A stretch of DNA of 57,627 bases, from contig JAKAWC010000004.1 of the NCBI GenBank assembly GCA_021817125.1, positions 1-57,627 on the forward strand, written 5' to 3'. The notes beneath the pieces were generated by a model that was given only the letters and a program-made list of their open reading frames with translations, had not been told where the DNA came from and ran no database searches. A program made the translations under genes and the position numbers. Below, in pieces: positions 27,694 to 36,045 of the stretch (the stretch's first letter is position 1; every line of letters begins with the position of its first letter). Source of the stretch: Candidatus Micrarchaeota archaeon. GTDB taxonomy: Archaea > Micrarchaeota > Micrarchaeia > Micrarchaeales > CABMGC01.

Positions 27694-28668
27694 TTATGCA
27701 CCCTGCTTGGATGAGGTCGAAACGAAGGTTACGTTGGGCACCTTTACAGCCCTGCCGTTCCTTATCGCCTTCCTTATCCTTACGAGCCTTCTTGCTGGCC
27801 CAGGTATTGAGCCATCGAGTATGATAAAGTCATTCTTCACGATGCCGTAGTTGACAAATCCGCCCTTTGCGTTGACTGTGCTGGCGTCGTTCGGCCCACC
27901 CATCTTCAGTACGCGCTTGTTGATCTCGGTTCGGTAGTTGTATCCCATATGACCTGCGTGGGGGACCGAGTAGAGCACTCTTGCAGGGTGCCATGCGCCG
28001 AGGACTCCTACATGTCTGACCTTTCCAGTTGCCTTTCTCGGCAGCCTCGACACGCCGAACCTCTTGATGACACCGGTCCATCCCTTTCCGGTAGATATTG
28101 TGGTTACATCGACGTATTCGCCCGGTGCAAGCACGTTGTTGAGCTTGAGTTCCTTTCCGAGCATCTGCTCGATAGTTGATACCTTTTCTGTGAGGTCTTT
28201 GCCACCTACTGGCATCTCGAACCTCATGACGCGCTTGTTGCCGAATCCGAGATTTGATTCGTCGCAGAATGCGAGAGCTGTGACATCATTGTACTTTGCA
28301 AGGTTCTGCTTTATCGTGGCGAGGTCGCCCTTTGAGTTCTTTATCCCAACCTTAGCCGCTAGCACCTTGTCGTGGGCCTCTGCCTGTGCGCCCTTGTAAA
28401 TCTTTGTGCCGTAGAAGCGTATTCCGTAGATGAAGACCTTTGGGATCTCTATTATCGTGGCGGGGCGGACTATCTCGCTGCCTTTGGAGGGAGCTTCTGA
28501 ATCGTCAATCATTGCTATTGAGGTCATGCCTGCCTTTACGCCGACAAGGCCGGCGAACTTGGGCTCAGCTAGTTGTGGCCAGTTCCTGACCCTCGGCATC
28601 TGCTTCTTGGCTCTCCTGTGAGGCCAGAATTCTAGTGACCCCTTATGAGGTCGTCTGGGCTTTCCCAT
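27694..28668 (-). CDS. rpl3: 50S ribosomal protein uL3
   Basis: PHKGSLEFWP, GVKAGMT, GKGWTGVIKRFG, GHMGYNYRTE, GSIPGP. Confidence 0.97.
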   Translation of the reverse strand: MGKPRRPHKGSLEFWPHRRAKKQMPRVRNWPQLAEPKFAGLVGVKAGMTSIAMIDDSEAPSKGSEIVRPATIIEIPKVFIYGIRFYGTKIYKGAQAEAHDKVLAAKVGIKNSKGDLATIKQNLAKYNDVTALAFCDESNLGFGNKRVMRFEMPVGGKDLTEKVSTIEQMLGKELKLNNVLAPGEYVDVTTISTGKGWTGVIKRFGVSRLPRKATGKVRHVGVLGAWHPARVLYSVPHAGHMGYNYRTEINKRVLKMGGPNDASTVNAKGGFVNYGIVKNDFIILDGSIPGPARRLVRIRKAIRNGRAVKVPNVTFVSTSSKQGA

Positions 28669-28687
28669 TTTGATTCACTTTCACGTC

Positions 28688-28719
28688 TGTAAAACGAGGC
28701 ACGAGCCTGATGTTTTACA
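28688..28719 (-). promoter_or_regulatory. Hairpin in the 5' region of rpl3 (candidate ribosomal-protein leader)
   Basis: TGTAAAAC-ATC-AGGC-TCGT-GCCT-C-GTTTTACA stem-loop about 20 nt upstream of the rpl3 ATG. Confidence 0.4.
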
Positions 28720-28735
28720 CATTTTTTCTGAATGT

Positions 28736-28993
28736 TTATATGCCTTTCTGCGCTGGTTTCCGGACCTTTTTCAGGGCGCTTTTCACGCCGCTGATGACCC
28801 GCATCTGCTTGAGCATCGAGTTCATCGATGCCACAAGGGCAGTCGCGTCATCCGCTTTAATCTTTATCAGTATCTTTCCGTTCGATGTCGATGTGGACAC
28901 GGAGCTTCTTTTGTACTCGATATCTTTGTCCATTATGCGAAGGTAGCGCGGGCCTTCCTTTCCGATGTCAATCTCTATCCGGGCCTCTGGCAC
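28736..28993 (-). CDS. pcc1: KEOPS complex subunit Pcc1
   Basis: 85 aa, RSSV...LIKIKADDATALVASMNSMLK signature. Confidence 0.8.
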   Translation of the reverse strand: MPEARIEIDIGKEGPRYLRIMDKDIEYKRSSVSTSTSNGKILIKIKADDATALVASMNSMLKQMRVISGVKSALKKVRKPAQKGI

Positions 28994-29000
28994 GACATCA

Positions 29001-29576
29001 CTATATCTTGATCTGCCTCTGTGCTGCCCTGACGCTAGGTCTTGCTATGTTGCTTCCGAAGCCCTTGGCCATTATGCCGCGGTGCCTTCTTCCGCCCACC
29101 GTCAGTCCGCGGTATACCCTTCCGCGCTGGGCGACTATCTTGCCGTAGTATGGATCGTTCTTTATCGACGGGTTTTCGCGGTCTGCGAGGATTGTCTCGA
29201 AGAACTTGTACTCGCCGTCTTCACCAATGTAATATGAGTTCACGACTTCGCAGTTGGAGAACCTTCTCTGCGCCCTCTCCTCTGCAATCGCCTGCATCGA
29301 CTTCCTGTAGGCAAAGAATCGCCCGTACTTCGATGGCTTTCTCCCTCTCGATGGCTTCTCTCTCTTGCTGAGCCCCCTTCGGACGCGTACGCGAACGATG
29401 ACGATGCCAGGCTTTGCCTTGTAGCCCAGGGACCTTGCACGTGGGAGATTTGTTGGATGGTCGACAGACACGACAGCATCGCTCTTCCTCCACTGGATAA
29501 TCTTTCCTCTGAGGACAGCATCACGAGTGTGGTACTCGTTCTGAATCGTCTCTCTTATGTACTTGTAAGCACCCAT
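29001..29576 (-). CDS. rpl15e: 50S ribosomal protein eL15
   Basis: MGAYKYI, ARSLGYKAKPG, AEERAQRR, NSYYIGEDGEYKFFE. Confidence 0.97.
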   Translation of the reverse strand: MGAYKYIRETIQNEYHTRDAVLRGKIIQWRKSDAVVSVDHPTNLPRARSLGYKAKPGIVIVRVRVRRGLSKREKPSRGRKPSKYGRFFAYRKSMQAIAEERAQRRFSNCEVVNSYYIGEDGEYKFFETILADRENPSIKNDPYYGKIVAQRGRVYRGLTVGGRRHRGIMAKGFGSNIARPSVRAAQRQIKI

Positions 29577-29703
29577 ATGTCACACCGCGCATGTATACTA
29601 TGCGAGATAAAAATAGAACCTAAAAAGGAGTCTATTTCGCTACCTATTAGTGAGGTAAGACTTTTAAATATAAGCATTTGTGCCAGAATAGTGGAACTTT
29701 GGC

Positions 29704-30435
29704 TCAGGAATGCCTTTTCTTCTTGATTACCACTATCTTGCCATTATCGTGGTTCTTTGAAGAGGCCATCGACACGGCCAGGCGGGCGATGTCCTCGGGG
29801 ACCAGGCAGCTCCCCTCCTTTGCATACTCCGGGAAGAACTTCTTGTAGCTCTCCGTCAGCGTGTCCGATGGGGAGATGCAGTTCACCTGGATCTGCCTCT
29901 CTTTCAGCTCATCGGCGAGGCCGATGGTCATGTCCTCAAGCGCCTTCTTTGATATGTAGTATGGTAGCCAGCCCTTTGCGCCGTTCTCGAATGTGCCTGA
30001 GATGTTGATTATCTTGTCTCCTCTCTGCATCACGGGCAGGAGCTCGTGGCAGAGGACTGCCGGCGCGGTTATGCCGACTTCGAAAGTCTCCATCACCTCT
30101 TCCAGAGTGTAGTCCGGATAGGCTATGTTGTAGTAAGCCTTATCTTCGCTGTGGTATATCCCTGCGACATTCACCAGCACATTGACCTTGCCGAACTTGT
30201 GCTTGACCTCTATTGCCATCTTGGATATCGCCTTTGTGTCTCTTAGGTCGAGCGGGAAGGCAATCGCCTTGCCTCCGGTGTATCTTATCAGCGAAAGGGT
30301 CTGGTCAAGCCGATCTTTGTTCCGCGAAATTATGACTACGGTGGCGCCAGCTTTGGCGAACTCGACGGCGATGGCCCTGCCTATGCCCGTGCTTGCACCT
30401 GTCACGACGACTACCTTGTTCTTGAATTCCATCAT
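29704..30435 (-). CDS. Short-chain dehydrogenase/reductase
   Basis: VTGASTGIG, LVNVAG, YYISK, VNCISP. Confidence 0.92.
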   Translation of the reverse strand: MMEFKNKVVVVTGASTGIGRAIAVEFAKAGATVVIISRNKDRLDQTLSLIRYTGGKAIAFPLDLRDTKAISKMAIEVKHKFGKVNVLVNVAGIYHSEDKAYYNIAYPDYTLEEVMETFEVGITAPAVLCHELLPVMQRGDKIINISGTFENGAKGWLPYYISKKALEDMTIGLADELKERQIQVNCISPSDTLTESYKKFFPEYAKEGSCLVPEDIARLAVSMASSKNHDNGKIVVIKKKRHS

Positions 30436-30527
30436 ACCACCTGGATTATGCCGTTGCTCATTTCGGATATAGCTAGATTTCTACGTAGAGCGATACTTTG
30501 ATACTGCTAGTCATCTGTGCCTCTTTT

Positions 30528-30965
30528 CTACGCTTTTTTCTGTGTCGTTCTCTGGGCGAACATCTCGCTCCCCTTCTTCGTCTCCATCAGGGCCGCTATG
30601 CGCTCGTCGAACGCACCGCCCATGTAGTCGCCGAGTATCCAGGTTATATTGCCGACCAGCAGTACTATGACGCCTCCCAATTCGTATGCTACGATATTGT
30701 ATAGATCTCCATAGAGCCAGATATCTGTGCCGATAAGCAGTAGCGCTATGCCCAGGATTATAAGAACTATCGAGATGTGTCTTATCTCAATCATCAGGTA
30801 TGCGGACACCAGCAGGATTATGGCGAAGATCCCTCCTATCGCCAGGAGTGGAGGGACGTTTGATGCTCCAACAGCGAGATGACCGGCGTACGTGAAGACA
30901 GATAATAAAAGGAGCATCGCGACGCTGATTATGAGCAGCGTGGCGGTGGTCGCCGAGGAAGTCAT
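30528..30965 (-). CDS. Hypothetical membrane protein (about 4 TM)
   Basis: Four hydrophobic helices; ATG MTSSATT. Confidence 0.65.
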   Translation of the reverse strand: MTSSATTATLLIISVAMLLLLSVFTYAGHLAVGASNVPPLLAIGGIFAIILLVSAYLMIEIRHISIVLIILGIALLLIGTDIWLYGDLYNIVAYELGGVIVLLVGNITWILGDYMGGAFDERIAALMETKKGSEMFAQRTTQKKA

Positions 30966-31013
30966 AGCTAGTAGATAATAACTGAGCAATTAAATGTGTT
31001 GTGGTATGGCTGA

Positions 31014-32165
31014 CTAAACGACCTCCGTTATGTGAGCCGCGCCTTTTAGGTAGAGATACACTCCGACGTAAAGCGGCACCGTTGCCTCTGCGTTCCTGTA
31101 AGGTCCGAATGTCTCACCACCCATGATGACGGACTGCTTCGTGTCTGCCTTTATCTTCACTTCCTTGCCCTTGAAGGCTATGGCATCTTTCATCGGATCG
31201 AACTTATTCAAATAGTCGACCTTTGCAAGCTTCCTTACAACAAGCCCGCTGTTGCCGTTGATGGAGTTTGGAAGCCTTATGAGGTGCCCTGGGTCGTTCG
31301 TGACGTTCTTGTCTATCCTGTCGCTCTGCACCACTGTCTGGTTCGCGATTATGTACTTCCAGAACTCGGCCTTGTGCTTTATGTCAATCATGTCCCAGTT
31401 GCCGCGCTTTATGCCCTCTATCATGAAAGCCTTATTCTTGACTATACGGTTTGCGTTCACCTTGTCCATCCCGATCGCGAGGAGAGAGTCTGTGCCTCCC
31501 TCTATCGCCTTGATGAAGTTCTTGGCTATCTTGCCCTTCCAGCCCCTGTCGTCGGGATTTGGACCCATCAGAATGTGACCGCGCTGCCCGAGCGTGGGAA
31601 ACAACTCCTCTGGAGTTATGCCTGCGCCGGTTATGTAGTTAGATACTTCCCTCCTCGCTTCGGGACTGAGCGACAGCGCTGCATCCCCGCTTACATGGAT
31701 ATGGTAACCGCGGTTGCCGCTGAAATTCACAGCTATCTCGCTCTTGGAAAACCCGAAATCTGGGATGAGGAAATCTTCTATCAGCTTGAAAGCCTCTCGC
31801 TTAACCGCGTCAAAGCAGGTCGGACAGACCCATGATTTGCCGTGTGTCATCTGGCAGGCAAGCGCAAGATCAGACGAGTCGATATCGAATATGAGCTCCG
31901 CCCCCATGCTGCCCTTCATCTCCATGGGGCGGCCTGCGGGAAACCGGTAATAGGCCGGTGAGTAGGATATGAATGGCGGGCCGTTGAGCGCCAGATACTC
32001 TTTGAGTTCTGCGGGTGCCTTAAAGGCGACGTGCCTGAAGGCTATCTTTGTCTCCCAGTTCCCGATGCCAAACTCCCGCTGCTCTATCTTGTCCGGAGCA
32101 GGAGCTGCGGCTTTCCGGTAGTAATCTTTGATCAGGTTGTTGACCAGGAATCTCTCGTCGAACAT
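31014..32165 (-). CDS. priS: DNA primase small (catalytic) subunit
   Basis: QREFG, ELIFDID, Zn motif C-x3-H...CPTC, FSGNRGYHIHV, IDKNVT...LIRLPNS. Confidence 0.96.
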   Translation of the reverse strand: MFDERFLVNNLIKDYYRKAAAPAPDKIEQREFGIGNWETKIAFRHVAFKAPAELKEYLALNGPPFISYSPAYYRFPAGRPMEMKGSMGAELIFDIDSSDLALACQMTHGKSWVCPTCFDAVKREAFKLIEDFLIPDFGFSKSEIAVNFSGNRGYHIHVSGDAALSLSPEARREVSNYITGAGITPEELFPTLGQRGHILMGPNPDDRGWKGKIAKNFIKAIEGGTDSLLAIGMDKVNANRIVKNKAFMIEGIKRGNWDMIDIKHKAEFWKYIIANQTVVQSDRIDKNVTNDPGHLIRLPNSINGNSGLVVRKLAKVDYLNKFDPMKDAIAFKGKEVKIKADTKQSVIMGGETFGPYRNAEATVPLYVGVYLYLKGAAHITEVV

Positions 32166-32229
32166 CAGCCCTACCTATCACTAAGACTTGCGCAATAAGG
32201 CATATAAGACTTGATTTGCAAGTAATCTC

Positions 32230-32586
32230 ATGCCAGGAGTGAAGCAAGTAATAATCGTAAGGAAGGACCTTGACATGGGCACGGGCAAGCTGTCTGCGCA
32301 GGTCGCACATGGCTCGGTCTCGAGCTATCTTGAAGCGGTTGTCAAGGACAAAGACATTGCAAAAGAGTGGCTTGACGAGGGGCAGAAGAAGATCGTGCTC
32401 AAGGTCGAGGATGAGGATGCGCTCAACAAGCTCTACAAGGCGTTCAAGTTCAAGCACATCCCGTGCGCCCTTATCAACGACGCGGGACTTACGCAGCTGC
32501 CGCCGGGAACGACCACAGTTCTGGGAGTGGGCCCATGGAAGAGCGACGAGATAGACATGTTCAGCAAAGGGCTGAAACTGCTCTGA
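32230..32586 (+). CDS. pth2: Peptidyl-tRNA hydrolase Pth2
   Basis: KQVIIVRKDL, GKLSAQVAH, GQKKIVLK, DAGLTQL, GVGP. Confidence 0.96.
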   Translation: MPGVKQVIIVRKDLDMGTGKLSAQVAHGSVSSYLEAVVKDKDIAKEWLDEGQKKIVLKVEDEDALNKLYKAFKFKHIPCALINDAGLTQLPPGTTTVLGVGPWKSDEIDMFSKGLKLL

Positions 32587-33453
32587 GTGACGACCATGAA
32601 GGTCTTGATATTAGGGGGCTCGCGCTTCGTTGGCCCGTACATCGTGGACGCACTCCTGAAGGGGGGACACGAGCTGACGCTGTTCAACAGGGGCAAAGTG
32701 CAGACCAAGTACGGCGAGGGCGTCAAGTTCGTGAAGGGAGACAGAGACAAGGGATTCGACGTCAAGGGTCACTTTGACGCTGTGATAGACAACTGTGCAT
32801 ACACCGGCGCCCAGACCAAAAGCGCGTTGACGGATCTGGACTTCGGTTTCTTCCTCCATTTCGGCACAGCCGCAGCGTACAAGAGGTCAGGTATGTTCCC
32901 TCTTACCGAAGAGTCTCCGCTCGGAGACTGGCCGGCGTGGGGTGATTACAACAAAGGCAAGGCGGAGTGCGAGGCGGTACTTAAAGAGAGCGGAGTGAAA
33001 TATGCCTCGATAAGGCCGGTCTATATCCTAGGCCCTAAGAATTACATTGATAGGGAGAATTTCATCTACTCCAGAATCGCCAAAGGCACACCGCTGAGGA
33101 TTCCAGGTAATGGAGAAGCGGTGATTCAGTTCGTCTTCGCAAAGGACGTTGCCGCAGCAATAACACTACTCACCACAAAGAGGATTGCCGGTGCATTCAA
33201 CTGCGCGGCAGACGGTGGGATAACGCTGAACGGGCTCGTTGATGAGATGGGTAAGTTGGTTGGGAAGCGACCCGTTGTCGAACATGCCCCTGACAGGGAC
33301 GGCGCGCTCTGGAACGACGAGGAGTTCCCTTTCGGAAACGAGAACTTCTTCTGCAAAAACGATAAGCTGAAAGGGCTTGGGGTGGAGTTTACGCCTCTCC
33401 TTGAAGGGCTAAGGGAGGACTACAAAGGTTATTACAAGAAACTGATCGCCTGA
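32587..33453 (+). CDS. NAD-dependent epimerase/dehydratase (extended SDR)
   Basis: VLILGGSRFVG, FNRG, YNKGK, IRPVYILGP, VFAKDVA. Confidence 0.9.
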   Translation: MTTMKVLILGGSRFVGPYIVDALLKGGHELTLFNRGKVQTKYGEGVKFVKGDRDKGFDVKGHFDAVIDNCAYTGAQTKSALTDLDFGFFLHFGTAAAYKRSGMFPLTEESPLGDWPAWGDYNKGKAECEAVLKESGVKYASIRPVYILGPKNYIDRENFIYSRIAKGTPLRIPGNGEAVIQFVFAKDVAAAITLLTTKRIAGAFNCAADGGITLNGLVDEMGKLVGKRPVVEHAPDRDGALWNDEEFPFGNENFFCKNDKLKGLGVEFTPLLEGLREDYKGYYKKLIA

Positions 33454-33454
33454 G

Positions 33455-34366
33455 TCAGACGTAGGTCAGCCACTTTTCGTACTCCTTCTTCTGGCCGCGC
33501 AACGCCTGCGAGTAAGTGTCCGAAAGCCTCTTCGTGATCGGACCTATCTTGCCGTCTCCAGTCTTTCTCTTGTCTATTGAGACTATAGGCTCAAGTTCTA
33601 CCGCGGTGCCGGTGAAGAACGCCTCATCGCAGGTGTAAAGTTCCTCGCGGTGTATATTTCTCTCCTCGACTGCGAAGCCGAGATCCTTTGCAATTCGGAT
33701 GATGCTGTCCCTGGTTATGCCCATGAGTATGTTTGCGGAGCTTGGCGGGGTCACAACCGTGCCTTCGCTTACCATGAATATGTTCTCCGCTGGCCCCTCG
33801 GTGACGTGCCCGCTTTCAGAGAGCAGAATCGCTTCGTCATAGCCCGCGTCCTTCGCTTCCAGCGATGCGAGCAGAGAGCCCATATAGTTGGCGCTGAGCT
33901 TTGCGCGCGGAGAGAGCATGGATGAACTGACCTTCCTATAAGAGGATATCTTGCAGCGCAGGCCTCCCTTCTTCTCCAGATACCTTGCAAAATAGAATGC
34001 GGCTATGGCGACGCTTACTTTCGGGTACTTGACCGGATTCGTGAGCCCTACTCCCTTTACCCCATAATAGCCGAACGGCCGTATGTAGCTGTCACCGAGC
34101 TTGTTCTTCCGCACCACTTCTATGGTGGCTGTGTTGATCTGTTGCTCGGTGAACGGAAGGGTCATGTGCGCTATTTTCGCTGTGTTGAAGAACCTGTGCG
34201 TGTGCTCCTTTAGTCTGAATATCGCTGTGCCTTTCTTTGCTGTGAAAGAACGCGTGCCCTCGAATATCCCGCTCGCGTACTGCAGGGAATGTGTCAGGAC
34301 GTGCACGTTGGCATCCTGCTCCTTGACCATCTTTCCATCCATCCAGATGTATTGTTGATCTGACAT
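33455..34366 (-). CDS. ilvE: Branched-chain amino acid aminotransferase (PLP class IV)
   Basis: HSLQYASGIFEG, YIRP, AKLSANY, EGPAENIF, LMGITR, DEAFFTGTA. Confidence 0.95.
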   Translation of the reverse strand: MSDQQYIWMDGKMVKEQDANVHVLTHSLQYASGIFEGTRSFTAKKGTAIFRLKEHTHRFFNTAKIAHMTLPFTEQQINTATIEVVRKNKLGDSYIRPFGYYGVKGVGLTNPVKYPKVSVAIAAFYFARYLEKKGGLRCKISSYRKVSSSMLSPRAKLSANYMGSLLASLEAKDAGYDEAILLSESGHVTEGPAENIFMVSEGTVVTPPSSANILMGITRDSIIRIAKDLGFAVEERNIHREELYTCDEAFFTGTAVELEPIVSIDKRKTGDGKIGPITKRLSDTYSQALRGQKKEYEKWLTYV

Positions 34367-34404
34367 GCAGGATTATTGCATGTGGTAATTTATAACGCTT
34401 TTGT

Positions 34405-34567
34405 GGGGTCAGGATGCCTGCTGCTCCGCCAGACAATCTCTTTCGGCAACAGGGGCACCGTTTCCTTGGGATACCGCACTTTGTCAGGGCGCAGCCGGTG
34501 GCGTTTCACTTTGCGACACTGTTCGGGGCGGTTGGGCGGCAGCTCGCTGGAACCGCCACCCTCCCGT
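34405..34567 (-). ncRNA. Candidate GC-rich structured RNA downstream of the wHTH gene (family unassigned)
   Basis: Non-coding and GC-rich, with several stems (GGGTGGCGGT/GCTGCCGCCC, GCTGCGC/GTGCGGT, CTGTTGC/GCAGCAG) and A-rich linkers. Confidence 0.35.
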
Positions 34568-34912
34568 CTACCAGGTTGCCGTTGGCCGCGATAGCATTGG
34601 CGACACTAGCCCATGGCTGTGGGTCCTGGTTCGGTTGATGGTTGACCTGAGACTGTCCAACCCCTCCTTCGTAAGGCAGAGGGGCCTCTGTTCCTCCCCC
34701 TTCTCGGTAAACTCGAGCAGCCCCTTCTTCTTGAGTTTCTTCAGGTTATACCACACACCAGACTTCGAGAACCCGTACTTCTCGTGTATGTAGTCTACGA
34801 ACGGCGTGGCTGAGAACATCTCGTCCAGCCCTATCTCAGATAGGATGATGCCCTCCTTGCTGAGAGCCGAGGAACTGGAAACTTCTCCACTATATAGTTG
34901 TAGCATGCGCAT
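34568..34912 (-). CDS. Winged-helix DNA-binding protein
   Basis: YGFSKSGVWYNLKKLKKKGLLEF recognition helix and wing...LCLTKEG. Confidence 0.75.
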   Translation of the reverse strand: MRMLQLYSGEVSSSSALSKEGIILSEIGLDEMFSATPFVDYIHEKYGFSKSGVWYNLKKLKKKGLLEFTEKGEEQRPLCLTKEGLDSLRSTINRTRTHSHGLVSPMLSRPTATW

Positions 34913-34921
34913 AAGAAACAC

Positions 34922-35052
34922 CTAGAAACTTTTACGTTTCCTTACGCGATGCCCTTCCACATGAGTGGCAGGTCATTTGCATTGACAGGCGAGCAATGGG
35001 TTTGCACTACCGTAGAGAAAGCGCTGTACTTCGTGTGCAATTCCGCTCGCAT
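34922..35052 (-). promoter_or_regulatory. Long structured 5' leader of the wHTH gene (also contains a 36-codon uORF, 35052-34942)
   Basis: Nested stems GCGAGC/GCTCGC and TTGCAC/GTGCAA, CCAC-TCAT-GTGG, and GAAAC/GTTTC adjacent to the GGTG RBS. Confidence 0.35.
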
Positions 35053-35124
35053 TTCAAACACTGTGATTAGAAGAATCCTTAGCAGGTATTTAAATCTTTT
35101 CTACGAAACCAGAATGTTGATCTG

Positions 35125-35994
35125 ATGGTGACGACCACTGTAGAGATTAGGCTGATAACACTATTGCTGATAACCTTAGTATACGCCATCTATGATGTGT
35201 TCAACAAGAGAAACGTCCCGAACTGGTTCGCCTACATCGCTCTTGTCATCGGAGTGGTGGTGCTCATTGTGACAAACAACGCCAGGGATATCGTGTACGG
35301 AGGGCTTATTGCGCTGCTGATAGGCTCGCTCAGCTATCTACTTTATAGGTCGGGATTCCTTGGAGGGGGCGACTTTTTCGAGTTCGTCACAATCGCATTG
35401 ATCCTTCCGGTGCAGGCTACGCCTCTCCTTGGAGGGATAATGCAATTCAATCTTCCTTTCATACTATCTGTGTTCATAGCCACAGGTTACGTCACCGTCT
35501 GGGCGATACCACTCTACTATCTGGTGTTCGCAAAGAAGACTGAGCCGAAGAAGGTGGGGGTCGACAGGGGCTCTCTAGCAGCGGGTCTGGCGCTCCTGAT
35601 AGCGTATGTGGTGCTTTATCTTATCATAGATTACTACCTGGGCTTCAACGCGACGGGATTCTTTCTGATGCTGATAATTGCTGTTCCGAGCGCGCTCATA
35701 CTGGCGTACGAGAGGCTCATCAACTTTAGGATGGTGAGCTACATCTATCCGAAGGACCTTGAGGAAGGAGATATCATCGCAATCAACCTGATGACGAAGA
35801 GGGAGACCCAGGTCTTCTCCAAGAGGGCGAAGCACTTCGAGAGGCTTGCAACCGAGATTGTGATGAAAGAGATGTCGCACATAAAGAGGAAGCTTCCGGT
35901 CTATAGGAACTCCGCCCCACTTGCGGCGTTCACTTTTGTGGGTGTGGTCATCTCGCTCCTGGTCGGCAATCTACTGCTCTACATCGTCTTCTGA
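35125..35994 (+). CDS. flaK: Prepilin/prearchaellin peptidase (A24, FlaK/PibD-like)
   Basis: Catalytic IYD..KRNVP and GFLGGGDF motifs; C-terminal PLAAF TM. Confidence 0.85.
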   Translation: MVTTTVEIRLITLLLITLVYAIYDVFNKRNVPNWFAYIALVIGVVVLIVTNNARDIVYGGLIALLIGSLSYLLYRSGFLGGGDFFEFVTIALILPVQATPLLGGIMQFNLPFILSVFIATGYVTVWAIPLYYLVFAKKTEPKKVGVDRGSLAAGLALLIAYVVLYLIIDYYLGFNATGFFLMLIIAVPSALILAYERLINFRMVSYIYPKDLEEGDIIAINLMTKRETQVFSKRAKHFERLATEIVMKEMSHIKRKLPVYRNSAPLAAFTFVGVVISLLVGNLLLYIVF

Positions 35995-36045
35995 GAAGCA
36001 ATATAAACGTTCGCAGACCTAATTGCTTACTAATCCTGTGATTGC

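Noticed and set aside
34405-34567. RNase P RNA, SRP RNA or hammerhead call for the GC-rich element
   Set aside because: GAAAC-type linkers are reminiscent, but I could not find the P4 strands (GAGGAAAGUCC / ACAGAAnnnGGCUUA), the SRP helix 8 motif or a CUGANGA core.
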